Position numbers and translations under genes: made by a program | Notes under the pieces: model-generated | What the model saw: only the letters and a program-made list of their open reading frames with translations | Told to the model about the DNA's origin: nothing | Databases searched by the model: none | In this document: positions 39,595 to 52,318 of the stretch, piece after piece | How positions within the stretch are numbered: position 1 is the first letter of the stretch | Layout of the letters: each line of letters opens with the position of its first letter | Source of the DNA: Paramecium tetraurelia | Taxonomy: Eukaryota | Length of the DNA: 64,000 bases | Assembly: GCA_000165425.1 (NCBI GenBank) | Contig: CT868441.1 | Span: forward strand, 1 to 64,000 | Reading direction: 5' to 3'

Positions 39595-42500
39595 TCATGA
39601 TTCATTATATGCATTATTTGTAATTAATATCAATTTCAATTTGTGTTCTAGATTACTCTAAAGTTATAATTTATTAATAATTTAATAGCAATAGCAACTT
39701 GAAATGATATATTAAAGTTTGATAATCATATGAAATTGATCTAACAAGTGAGGATTAATATTATGATACTAAGATTTAGTATTTGCAAATTGAAAAGTAT
39801 GTTTCTAACAACCTATGTTAAATTTTTATATTTTTATAATTTGTATTGCATCATAATCATTCAAAAAACACTCATTCATCAAATAATTCAGTACTTCATT
39901 ACTAAAAACCAACATATTAATTTGGCACTTACGTGCTCTAAGGCATTATTAAATGAAATGAATTACCTTCTTATTATTATTAGAAATTTCTACTTTTGTA
40001 ATCACTTTAACATCGCCTGCACCCTTAATCATTACTATATTTTTAGATTTCTATTTCACATTTGGTTGCTTCAATTATGTCTCTATTTATGATTCCTACT
40101 ATTTATCTATAATATTACCTTCAATTGTTATTAAAATTATTATTCTAACTCCTGCTCTAACTTATTTGATATTTCAACTTCTTTTTGATCTTCAATAAGT
40201 TTCTTGTCTATTCCTTATAATTAAACAGTTTAATCGGGTAATCTAGAAAGTGCATCTTCAATATTGTTTGATTGATATATTTGTTCTGCTTAATGGATGG
40301 TTCTGATTTTGGTTAACCTTGGATCTACCATTTCATATAAATCGAGTAAAGAGAACTCTACAATCTATGGCAGATATCGTTTGGATAGAACATATCTCTA
40401 AAAATAAACCAAGAACTTCAACAGATCAGTTTTCAATTATTTATGATACTCTCTTACAGATTCAACTAAGCCAATAACTTGATTAATTCTGAATGAATCC
40501 TCTGGAGGATCAATTAAATCTTGTTCAGCTTAAGAGATATCAGAAGCATGGCCATATTCAATAATCAAATAAAGTAATTTGAATAGCAACTCTTAATCAA
40601 TAATTTAGTAAGCATACAATTCCCCAATCATTTTTATTATGGTGATTCTTCTCTATCTCTTATTAATATTATTATCCTCTAAACCACATATAATATCATC
40701 CAATAAACTGTCTACTACTTATCCTGTGATGTCAGGATATTTATCTTTTAAGGTTGCCAACAAACAAGCCACAATACTCAATGTTGAATACCTACCTTTG
40801 ATGCTTATCTTGAATAATTATTTAATTAGGTATTTTTTACATTCCTAATCACTTAAAGGAAGTCTTTCCATGGTTTCAAATGCATTATTAAAATCATCCA
40901 ATTAATCAAAAATAATAAACTTGATGAACTTTTATATTTCAGACTTTTCTTTTTTGGGTTTTACTTGTCTATCAAAACTTAGCAATGCCTACGTTAATGT
41001 ACTTTCCTCTTTTTAAGCTAAAGGTTTTAATTTTCTTTGTTTATCCAATTAAGTTAGTAGATATTCGAATTTCTTATATGATTCTCCAGAATATTTCAAG
41101 AATCGTCCGCAATTATTTAATATTAATGCAATCATTTCTACATTATAACTTACCAAATCTTCAAGCAATTAAGCTAAAATGTCTAATATGATATCCTATT
41201 TTAAAATTTTGAACTTAGTCAACTCACACAAGTATCTAAGATAACGTTGTTTTCTTTCAAGATGATCATTGGGTTTGATTTGTTTGTATTGTTCGAAGAA
41301 AGATTTGATTATTTCCTCCTCAAATTCTTTATAATGTTTACACAAAGTGGCGAACAAACGACATTGATAGGGAATGACAATTGTGTAATTCTGTTTAAAG
41401 TTTTGCATTTCTTCTAACAGTTTTTTTCTATTTTACTTTGTGTTCACAAATTCCAATGCCATCTAATCAGCTATTTCAATTGAAGAACAATCCTTCTATT
41501 TTTGATTCTATTAAACCACAATTTGATTTGGATCAGGTGGATTATTTATTGTAATGAATTGACAATATAATTTCCTCTCTTCTAACAAAAAACAATCAGT
41601 ATCATCAAAACTACTTGATTAAAAATCTCGAATGTTTAGATTTAAAATTTCATTTTCATTTTCATTTTCTGGATTTGAAGGGTCATATTCACCCATGCAA
41701 TCTTTTATGATTCTATAGTTGTCCTTCAGTCTTATAAATTGTTCTTTCATCTCCTTGATTTTTTAATTGACTGATGGATCAGTCTAATTTTCAGCCAATT
41801 TATGAATATCTTTATATAAATTTGTAAGAGTAGATTCAATTTCCTTAATATACTAAGTTAATGCATCTTCCAAAGTTTTGTACTCGGTATCAATAAAAAT
41901 GTTTTGTAAGTCTGGATTTATTAGAAAGTCTTATCTAGTTTCATACTTATGTTTTCCAAAATACTGGAAACCAAAGTGATTCATAAAATTAGTCATCACT
42001 TATATATTAATAAGTAACTAATCTAAAGTTCCGTGAGGAAGAAGCAATTTCAATATCTCTTCTAATTCTTTTTGTTAAAATACAGGTTTATGCAATTCCC
42101 CAAAAAGTCTTAAAAGATTCTTTCGTTTTTATGCTCTTTTATCTTCATTCTCGTAATTTCCGCCTTTCTTCTCTAATAATTATTAACCGTGTTTTATCGC
42201 TGTTTATTAAAGTATGTTTTTAAATTCATTGTAATTATTCAAAACTATGCACAATTCAACAAAAAATTTAATATTTGATTGATGTAATTGACAATCTATT
42301 ATTGTGTTTGCAATTTCTTATAAATACCTAAAATATTATGACATCATTATACTTCGATAAATCATACTCTCTTATTTCTTTCAAAACACTCTCGTACTTT
42401 TTCTTAGTTGTTCGATTAGAGTCTGCATCCTTTATTTTTTCACATAATTTAAGCACTTTTTCTTACTTAATTGGTTTAAGATTTGCATCCACTATTTATA

Positions 42501-42626
42501 TTGATTAACATTATGAATACGTTTAAATTTTTTTAAATTCTCTTTAAGAATTTGTAATTCCTCGATTTCTTGATACTTTTATTTTAACTCAGGGTTTAAT
42601 GTTGCAGTAATTCTCTGAGTTTCCAT
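39595..42626 (-). CDS. UPF2: Nonsense-mediated decay factor UPF2 (MIF4G domains)
   Basis: The MIF4G-3-like block RRITIIKMIGELYAYQIID...LLYLIIEYGH...DPPEDSFRINQVIGLVES...FLVYFQRYVLSK matches UPF2; upstream is RYLRYLCELTKF. ATG 42626. The 3' end is uncertain between ~39595 and ~39960. Confidence 0.85.
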
Positions 42627-42735
42627 AATTAATTAAAATTATTCAATAAAGAATATATATGTAAATTATATATATTCGTGTTATTTCTAATAATGATCGA
42701 ACTTAATTTTTAATTGTTCAATATAATTACGTATA

Positions 42736-43883
42736 ATGGATTAATTAACAACCAAAGTAGCAACAAGAGATGACATCCTCCTATACTTGAAAAATTGTGC
42801 CTAAAATAGAAATTCCAGAGTTGTTGCCATGTATAATTCGCATTTGGATATGCTTATTGAAGGTTTAAAATACTTTTTACTCTTCTCTAGGCAATGACTA
42901 AGATCTTATGGTTTTTCCAATTGACGATAGACTTGCCAACAGAGCTCATGGAGCTATGGAAACTGGTAATGTAAAAAACTACAGAATCAGTTCGCTTGAT
43001 TTTCATATGAATAGACTCTTTCGATCAGCTGAAATTATTGGATTAAAGATTGATCTCACAAAAGAATAAATCAAAAGTAATACTTATTTTAAATTATAGA
43101 TAAAATACATGAGATGGCTTATTTAGCATATAAAGTCTTGGAAAGAGAAAATCATCCCAATTTATAAGATTAAATATTAGTTCTTAAAATTTGGGTCTCT
43201 ACCGGAATTGGAGACTTTGATATCTATGGATGTGTAAGCAGATTTGTTATCTTTAGAATAAGAAATCTATTGTTTATGCTGCTCTTTATTTAAATGGAAA
43301 TGTTGGGGACGACTCCGATAAAGGAGTGAAAGAATATATCCATCTTGATATGTGGACCTAACCTAATTACTTTTCGAATGCCAAAACAGTAAACTATTTG
43401 GAACTTGCAACAATGGCAGACTATTCAAAGGTTAGAGGAGGATATTTTGGAATAAAAGTTGACCCCCAAGGAAACTTATTGGAAGGAGCCATTTCGAACG
43501 TTGCTTTCATAACTAAAGACAATACATTTGGCTATCCACCTCTGAGCAAAACAATTAGAGGAAATACTTTGAATAAAGCTTTGAAAATAGTAGATAGCGA
43601 TTTGTTGCCAAAGAGTTCTGTTAAAGAAGTCAAAGAAGTTGAATTGAACATCAAGGATATTGATCAAATTGTGGAATTATTCCATTTAAGTAACGATCAT
43701 GTAAGTCTTTTTTAATGATTTTCTTAGATTATTCCAATCCTGAGTGTTAATGATTAACTTATAGGAAATGGGGAGGTCGGACCTGTTACTAAATATTTAT
43801 AGGAAAAGTTAGAAATCGCAAGAGCAAGTGTCAAATTGGATACATCTGGAGATATAATCAAGGGATTTGAGTCATTATAATGA
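42736..43883 (+). CDS. PLP-dependent class IV aminotransferase (D-amino-acid transaminase / ADC-lyase-like)
   Basis: VAMYNS...MVFPIDDRLANRAHGAMET...LDFHMNRLFRSA, catalytic-Lys motif AKTVNYL, LLEGAISNVAF, IRGNT; several short introns; TGA 43881-43883. Confidence 0.88.
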
Positions 43884-43957
43884 TAATAAATAAAAAAATC
43901 AATTGATTAATTATTGAACAAGAACATAATTATTCTTAATTGTTAAAGTATTTTAAG

Positions 43958-45040
43958 TCAAAAATTATATTTATCAAATATTCTTTTTTTTTATGGTTGT
44001 TTAACATTGATAGGCAAAGGTTTTAGAGCATTTTCAAATTCTATTTTACACAAGTCAAACTCAAATTGTCTGCTTTTTTCATGAAATGAAGAAGTTCTTG
44101 TGGTTGTTTACTCATCCAATTACTTGTTCTTTTCATTGTGGAACGAGGCTTTTCTCACATGTTCAATGGGTTTATTAGTTTCGCCTTCGTTTGATACTTC
44201 TTCATCAAAAATAAATTGATTTAATGTGATTTTAAGCAATGGTTTAATTTAATTGTTGCATTTTGAAAATCTATTGTGAAAGTAATGAATTTCTTATGAT
44301 TTGCCTATATATTGCTTCGATGTGAGATGCATGAGAGCCCTTTACTTCTGAATCAGTTCAATAGGGAAATTCATGCCTGACATAATTATCTTGTAATCAA
44401 ATGATCCTTGTTCAAATACAAGTTAAACCTATTCAAATGAGTTGTTTTCAACGTAATATCTGAAACCTTTTTATAGCAATCCATTCTTGTAATAACCATC
44501 TTCCAACATTCTTTTGTCGAAGTCTAAGATTCTACCCAATCCATCAAGTTTATTATTCTTAAACTCCCCTATGTACATTTAATTTTCATTGATGATAAAT
44601 CCTACCAAAGACAACAAGAGTTTGCTTTTATAGAGTGATGGGAATTGTTTTATGAATTCAGAGAACAGTTTTTATTCTTTACTTGGTTAGCAATCCTAAT
44701 CTTCGTATTAACCATTTTTCAAAAAAGATCTCAATCTCCACTATTTGCCATTAAACAGCAATGCTTTATTAATTAACACAGAATTCTGATATTCTCCTAT
44801 CATCACTTCATTGTTTGTTATCAATATTCCAATCCCCTCAATTGAGTGGTTCTTAAATGTTGCCTTTAATATTCCACCAAATGGGAATATAATCATACCT
44901 TCCCCATTGTATAGATCATTCTTCCATTACCCATAGTATAGGCATGAATCATCATACACATAAACGCCTAACCCAATCTTTTTATAAAAGTAATCAAGTT
45001 GCCCATAATACAATCCATTGTTAAATTATACTACTTTCAT
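43958..45040 (-). CDS. MORN-repeat-containing protein
   Basis: YYGQLD...GLGVYVYDDSCLYYGQWKNDLYNGEGMIIF and YIGEFKNNKLDGLGR are MORN consensus repeats. Confidence 0.8.
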
Positions 45041-45239
45041 TAAAATATTTAAGTTAAATTAAGTTTATAATCAAAAAATATTTCTATCAATCCTTTCTAT
45101 TCAATCCAATATTAACTTCAAAATCCTCTTCCTTTTTTACTTAAGAGCTTTTTCAATAAAGTAGCAGCCTAAATTATGTGATTTATATTATATTTCCAAC
45201 TGATTCAATCAGATCACTTATTAATTATATTTTTTTTAA

Positions 45240-48176
45240 ATGAATTAAAAAAAATCATATTCTTATTTGGAAATTCGTCTAGAAACCCTTGAGGCACTCT
45301 GGATTTAACATTCAGGGTTTCTAGACAAGATAACCCAGGAGAGCGGAGTTAACTTCTACTATCAATAAAATTTGATAGTATTAGTAGGTATGATTTGATC
45401 CAATTATAAAGGAAATCCTATTTGTTGCGAGAATGCCGCTTAAAGAATTTATTCAAAGGTGTACGAAGACTTTATTATGCAAATTGAATAATTCAGAAGC
45501 AATGACGAACTCAAGCCTTTTTTTTAATTATTTTAAAACCCCCAATATAGAGAATTAAGCAAAGGCATCCAAGGATTTTGGATATATTCAGCCCAATCGC
45601 TTATGAAGTAATATCTAAACATGGAGTAGAAGGGATATTAATCTCGTTTCCCAGAATTGCCTTAGTATTTTCTAATAACTTGGTTCCCTAAAATACAAAT
45701 GTTATATATCTAATAGATGATATTCCAAATGATCGGCTTTAAATACAGCCAATAAGGTTTGAACCAAAAATTCAAATTTGATGGATAATATAACGTGACA
45801 GCCTTAGAAGCAATATCCATCTATCTAAATTTGGATTTGGACAGCATTATCAACTAGTACTCACTATAAATGGAGTTAAATCAAATACCAAATCAATTTT
45901 TCTTGGTGATCAAAGCAAATAATAGGAACTCGATCTCAGAAACATGCCAGATATTAGAGAATTATTTGGAAAGAAGGAAATTCTGGTCTATAGCTTATTT
46001 ATAAATAAAGTTGAGTTCAAAAGATATCAATTATTTGAAGAAAAGTTTAAATGATTAAATCAGATCCAATAGCACAATAAATTTATACTCTTACGAAGAA
46101 GTGGTGCAAGAATCAAAGAGATTAGATCAATAATTTCATATTTATTCGACTGAAATTATAGTTCAAAGACACAGTATCTCTAAATTTATTATATTAGGTC
46201 CTGATTCGTTATTTGTTTTTGGAGATGCCGATAAATAGGGTGAAATTACAGATACAATTATTTAAATTGTTAGGAAACTGAAGTAAAGTAATAGAATAGA
46301 ATAAGAGGATAGACTTTAACAGTAGTTTACTTATAAGGAGAATTCGAATCAGTAATTTTCATGGAACCCTTAAGTAAATTAGTAAGCATCTATTCCTTTC
46401 TAAAATAACTCTAAGAATTACTATTATGACTATAACGAAAAATAATTTGATCAACGTCCTGTTCAATAGAAATACGGGACTAGTTTAAATGATTAATAGA
46501 CAAATTCTTATTAATAGACAAATCCTTATTAATAGACAAATCCTTATTAATAGACAAATTCTTATTAATAGACAAATCCTTGTTAATAGATAAATTCTTA
46601 TTAATAGACAAATTCTTATTAATAGACAAATTCTTATTAATATCCAAAGTAGAATTAGACAAGTGAACCTTTTTGGAATGATGATTAAACTGATCGTCCT
46701 TTGAAATACTATAAGAAATATTAGAAAAATAATGACAATAACTGGTCTTAGACCAAGTATAATAATTAGAAGAGATATAAGCAAAAATAACGGGAGTAAG
46801 ATTTTTAGGAACTAGACATTACATTGTACGTTCCAAAAGTGCCATAAAATAATTAAAATAACTAAATTTTCACCTCTCCTTAGTAATAGGAAGAAGAGAA
46901 ATCTTCATAACTACTGATTGTAGAAGAATTAAATAAGGTGATCAAATGCTAAATAATTAAAATAGAACTATTTAAATATTAAATAATTTATACCTAGAAC
47001 CATTAGAAAAATAGTCAGAAAATCAATTTTTAAGAATTTAAGTTATCCTTTGAGGATTTCATGAAGAAGTATTATAATCTATAACCTGAAATAATGTTAT
47101 TATTTAATACTGAGAATATAATAATTAATGTCAATTTTAAATAATAGGAGGACATCCATTAAGTTAAAAATATTTTCCATAAATATTTTTTGTAATAAAT
47201 GTATTATGTGACCTAATACTCAACTTAAGCCTTGGGTCTAGTAAATATTTTGAAAGTGAACTGCAGCGTGCAACATTTCTCAACTAATACCGATCTATCA
47301 GGATTTGTGAATGAGAATTAGTTCTCAGAATTAGTTGAAATTTAGGATGGTCAATAAATGGCGATCAAAATAAGCAACTTTTCGTATAGGAATCATAACT
47401 TGTTAAGGGAGAAGTTCAATAATTTTGAGATTTCTTAATCCTTTTAATAGAATTCTTCAGTTTTAGATGTATCGAGACAAATAGGATATGGGAAAAAAGT
47501 AATTCTTATTTCTGAAGATTAATTAAAATATTTAAATCAAGAATGTGCTGATCTAGAAGCATTTTAATTGAAAAAGTTTAAAGAGTTCTTTAAGATGCCC
47601 TTCTACTGTGTGTAGATTGAATATGTAGAGGAACTTCTAGAGTAAGCGAAAGTCGAGTTTAAAAGGATGAATGAGAAATATGTTAAGGCTTAGGTATAAG
47701 CTAAAGAAAAGGAAAATAATAAGGTTTGGATGAAAGAGATAAAGAAGGATTAATTTTGCTAAGCTTCTAAATTATACTGTTACAATATGATGGAAGCATT
47801 TTATACGAATCTACTAAACGATGTTAATGAATCTTTAATGTCTACAGAATAATATTAGTCTAACTAATATTAATCTATGTACTATGAAGCAATTATAGAT
47901 TTGGGTAAAAGAGAATTGAATCCAAACGATCCTCAAAGCATTGAGAATTTATTATTTCATTCAGATTTTAAATGTAAAATATTCAAATAATATCATAGTT
48001 GAGCCTAAGGAAATGTAATTTTTGATTGATTTGCCTCTAGGAACCTTTATCACCGTATGGGTTCGTAATTAGAAGGATATTTTGAGTGAATTTTAATAAA
48101 TTAAAAAAGACGAAATCCTTCCAAGGTATTTAATTATCAGTTATATTATTATAGAGGATATATCCTAAAATAGTGA
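45240..48176 (+). CDS. Large hypothetical protein with central Q/N/Y-rich low-complexity repeat
   Basis: Long code-6 frame with a few short introns (two near 47974 and 48126); contains 8 QQTN(S/P)Y-type repeats; TGA 48174-48176. Confidence 0.7.
46494..46637 (+). repeat. Coding minisatellite, 8 x 18 bp (taatagacaaat(t/c)cttat)
   Basis: Eight head-to-tail copies with single-base variants; in code 6 they encode QQTNSY, QQTNPY, QQTNPC or QQINSY. Confidence 0.95.
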
Positions 48177-48807
48177 TATATTATCATCAAGAAAATATAC
48201 AAAATTAATCATAATTTATTTATTAAATGAAGAGATATGTCCTTTGTGATTCTTCGTAAATGTAAAAACAGAATATAGCAATTTTAAAATTGTGAGAAGG
48301 TGGAAATGTAATCTTAATTGCAGGAGTTTAGTTATAATATTTTCATGCATTCATATTATAATTCATATGAAAATTAATAAGGTTGTATTATGCAATTGGG
48401 AATATGAATATATTAAAGACAATATAGCAGATTATTGAAGCATGTAAAAAAGCAATTCATGTTAGAAAATTAAATTTCTTAAGAATATATGAAAGATAAT
48501 ATTCTTGCTATTTAGTAATCATTCTTTATTAATCCGAGGTTACAATTTCATAGCTAAGTAGGAAGGAATCATGTTTGTCAAAAAGATTGACTTAAATGGA
48601 TGAAATGGGTACGATTAATCAATAGAATTGAAATTATGATTTGTATAAAGTTTTCTTTTTAATGGATAGAATAAGAAATATGAATTCTGATGTTTTCGTA
48701 TTAACCATGAACAATTTCATCATCATGTACGTGTATTAAATTAATTTCCATTAGATCCATAATACACATTAAATGATTAATATATATATAACTATTGATC
48801 TTCGATT

Positions 48808-51800
48808 ATGCATTTTAACAATTAAATATGGGCCATCTTGTGGAAAAATATGAAGATGACCAATATGAAAGAGTTAGGCAAAGAGTTGTTCATCCCATTG
48901 ATAACGATATTCGTGTTGTTGATGGTGTAGGATGGTGATGAGGGTACTGGGAAGCTGTTTATGGCGATTATGGTGCCTGTTTACATTCCATCTTGTTTTG
49001 TAGGTTTATGCAGATAATTGTTAGTGGAGTATGTACATGAGAAGACAAATAAATACAGAGATCTTTATAAAGTATGTTGTATTTCTTAACATTAGATTAT
49101 GGGCATGAAATTGCAAAATTATAGGATAGCTTGGTTTATTACATATATAATAAAGAGTATACTCATAGGCTCTTTGATACTGGTAACATTGCTATATAAA
49201 TTGAACTTCTAACAATCCCTTTAGATGGTGATCTGCTTTATGTTATTCATTTTGGCCTAAGTTGGATAGACTTTATTATTATCGACTTTCTTCAGCAATT
49301 CTTAGTTGGCTGGGGAATTTGGATCCTTCTTTTAAACAATCTTGTCTACATTCTATTTTGCATCATTATACGAGTTGGAGTATTTGGTTTACGTTTGTCC
49401 ATAATCAATTATTTCATTTTACCTGATGAATAAACTAAATGGTAGTAAAATGGAAGGCGTGTCAAATTATTGCATTCTGAGTTTGGCAATTCATCTGATA
49501 GTTTATTATGTTTTGTTCAATGTTTTGGAGGAGTCATGTATGAAGGGAGGGAGATGTTTATGGACAAGGAAGAATAAGACAGGTTATGTCTAATTGGAGG
49601 ATTAAATGGAGGTAATAAGTAGAATATATAAAGATGAGAAGATAATATGATGAGGAGGGATTAGCCTTTACATCAGTTGAAATTGTGAAATTGTTTAAGC
49701 AATATGGAGATGTGGTGGCAGTGGACAATTTGAATCTCAAGATCTATTCTCAATAAATCCTTTGCATTTTGGGATAGAATGGAGCTGGCAAAACCACAAC
49801 TCTCAATATATTGACAGGCTTAATTGAGAAAACTAGTGGAAAGATATTATATTTTGGCAAAAGCTTTGACAAGAAAAGAGATGAAATTCAAAAGCTAATA
49901 GGATTCTGTCCATAGGAGAATTTATTGTATGATCAATTGACAGTCTCAGAATCATTGCAATACTAAAGTATGATGAGAGGCACAGACTCAGCATCTGAGA
50001 TTGATATGTGGTTGAATCTTATGTAATTGCAACAATACTCCAATTACAAGACTCATGAATTGAGTGGTGGGAATAAACGTAAGTTGTAGATTGCTTTGGC
50101 TTTGGTGGGAGGATCTTAAATCATATTTCTCGATGAACCCACTGCCAGTATTGATCCAGAATCCAGAAGACAAATTTGGAAAATCTTGAAGGAAATCAAA
50201 TAGATCAATAAAACTCTCATTTTAACCACGCATTTTTTGGATGAAGCTGAAGAGTTGGCTGATCGAATTGCCATCATGAAACAAGGATAAATCAAAATCT
50301 ATGGATCTCCTGAAAATATTAAAAAGGAATTGGAAGTAGGTTTCACATTAACTTTTGGGAATATTCAATCCTCCCAATAGTAATCAAAGATTAAATAATC
50401 ATTTCCAGAACTGGAATGTTCAATCGGACCCAAATTGGAATATGACAACATAAAATACATCATCAATTAAAATTAGTTATTTTCTATCGTTGAAAAGCTG
50501 AATGAGATGAGTAAAACAGAGAATATTAAAATATAATTGATACAGAACACCTTGGAAGCAGCCTATTTGAAATTAAACAAAGACAACTTAGAGGATGATA
50601 AAATAATCAAGGAATACTCATTTCCAATTAAATCTACAAATGATGTTAAAACTAAATAATTACTCCAAATATCTGCTTTGCTTTATAAGAAGTATTATGT
50701 TCTCAAGAGGAACTTCACTTTGTAATTGATGCTAATCTTGCCTATGTTCATCTTATTAATTGCCTATATTTTTGGATATCACTTATTGTAGGATGAAGCC
50801 TAAACACAATTTTTTGTATCACTATTTATCTCACAATCCTTCAGCCTTAATTCATCAATATTCATCAGCACTCCAATTCTTGAAAGGGAACTTAAGATCA
50901 GACAATAATTAAAATAAATGGGAGTATCCTAATTTACATACATTTTTGGAACATTCTTAGGAGACTACTTTATTATATTTATTGTAACCACATTCATCTA
51001 TGTATTATCCCTTTAAATTGATATGCTCCTGACCTCAGAATAATTACTAACTATACTAAGTTTATTTGGATTATCAGTGATTTCATTCTCATATGCATCT
51101 TCCTTTATGTTCAGTTCTAATTAGAGTGCTTTTAAAATATTCCCAGTAATTAATTTCTTATTTTGCTATTTTCTACCATCTATGATTGATCTTCAACTTC
51201 AAAATCAATATAGTGAAGTATTTACTTGCATATTCCCACTGTATACTTTAAATTTGGCATTGAAAGATGATAATCAAGATTATTCTATTTACTTCCTGGT
51301 CTAATTCGTCATATACATGTTTTTATACTAGGCTCTAGAGAGAAATATAATACTATTTGAGAATAGAAAGAATTTATAAGATAGGAACAATAAGTTGTAG
51401 GTTCAAAATATTCAATATGGATACACTTCAAATAAACAAGTGCTTAAGTAAATCGATCTTTAATTGTGTCCACAAAAGATACTGACACTCCTAGGTCCAA
51501 ATGGTGCTGGTAAAACTACACTCATCCAATTGATTACAGATTGTCTTAAAACAAGGTGGGGTAGCATTATGTACAATGAAAATATGATCATTTCATCTTG
51601 TTAACAATCTGAAGGTTTATGGGAAGATTTAACGGCTGAAGAAATCTTGTATTTATTTGCAAGAATCAAAGGCGGTATTAGGAATGTTAAAAATGAGATT
51701 TCCTAGATTTTAAGGATTCTATAAATCAAAGGCAAGATCGTGAATATGTCAGGTGGTCAGAGGAGGAAGGTCGCCTTGGCTATAAGTCTTATTGGGGACA

Positions 51801-52279
51801 GTGGTATGATTATCCTTGATGAACCATCCAATGGGCTTGATCCTATTTCAAGAAGAAATCTCCAAAACATGATCAAAGCTCATGTCCAAAAGAGGAACAG
51901 CTCTATCATTTTGACTACACACGACATGGATGAGGCTTAATATTTAAGTGATAGCATAAGCTTTATTATCAATGGCTAACAACCATTCCCACAATAGAGT
52001 GTTACCTAATTGATTGAATAATATGGGAGTGGAATCATACTAACCATCAGAGCTAAGAACAAAGAGGCTTTGGATTAGGTAATTTTGGCTTTTCCGAAAC
52101 ATCAAAAAGAAGGACTGTTGATTGTCATTAAGTTGGGGAATGAATATGATGTGGCTACCACGATTAAGATTCTTAAGAATTTATGCTAAGAGGATTTGAT
52201 TGGGTCATTTACTATTAGACAAGCTAATTTGGAGTAAGTGTTCTTGAGGTAATGTAGAAAATAATATGACGAAGATTGA
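48808..52279 (+). CDS. Full-size ABCA-subfamily ABC transporter (TMD-NBD-TMD-NBD), compact
   Basis: QIWAILWKN start and HEK...KIMGM motif. NBD1: GQNGAGKTT / LSGGNKRKL / [11 protein letters not shown]2: GPNGAGKTT / MSGGQRRKV / IILDEPS / [10 protein letters not shown]-terminal LEQVFL. Intron 49072-49095. Confidence 0.92.
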
Positions 52280-52318
52280 GTATGTAATTTATGTAAAGTT
52301 ATTTTTAATTTTTAATAT

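Noticed and set aside
45540..45990. Nucleosome assembly protein (NAP) similarity from KGIQGFW
   Set aside because: Single short motif; the rest of the frame shows no NAP features.
46494..46637. CRISPR-like array
   Set aside because: Units are contiguous 18-bp tandem copies with no unique spacers, they lie in frame within a eukaryotic CDS, and there are no cas genes.
46480..46784. Track ORFs 46480-46662 and 46485-46784 (minus; NKNLSI / LLIRIC repeats)
   Set aside because: Antisense readings of the plus-strand Gln-rich repeat.
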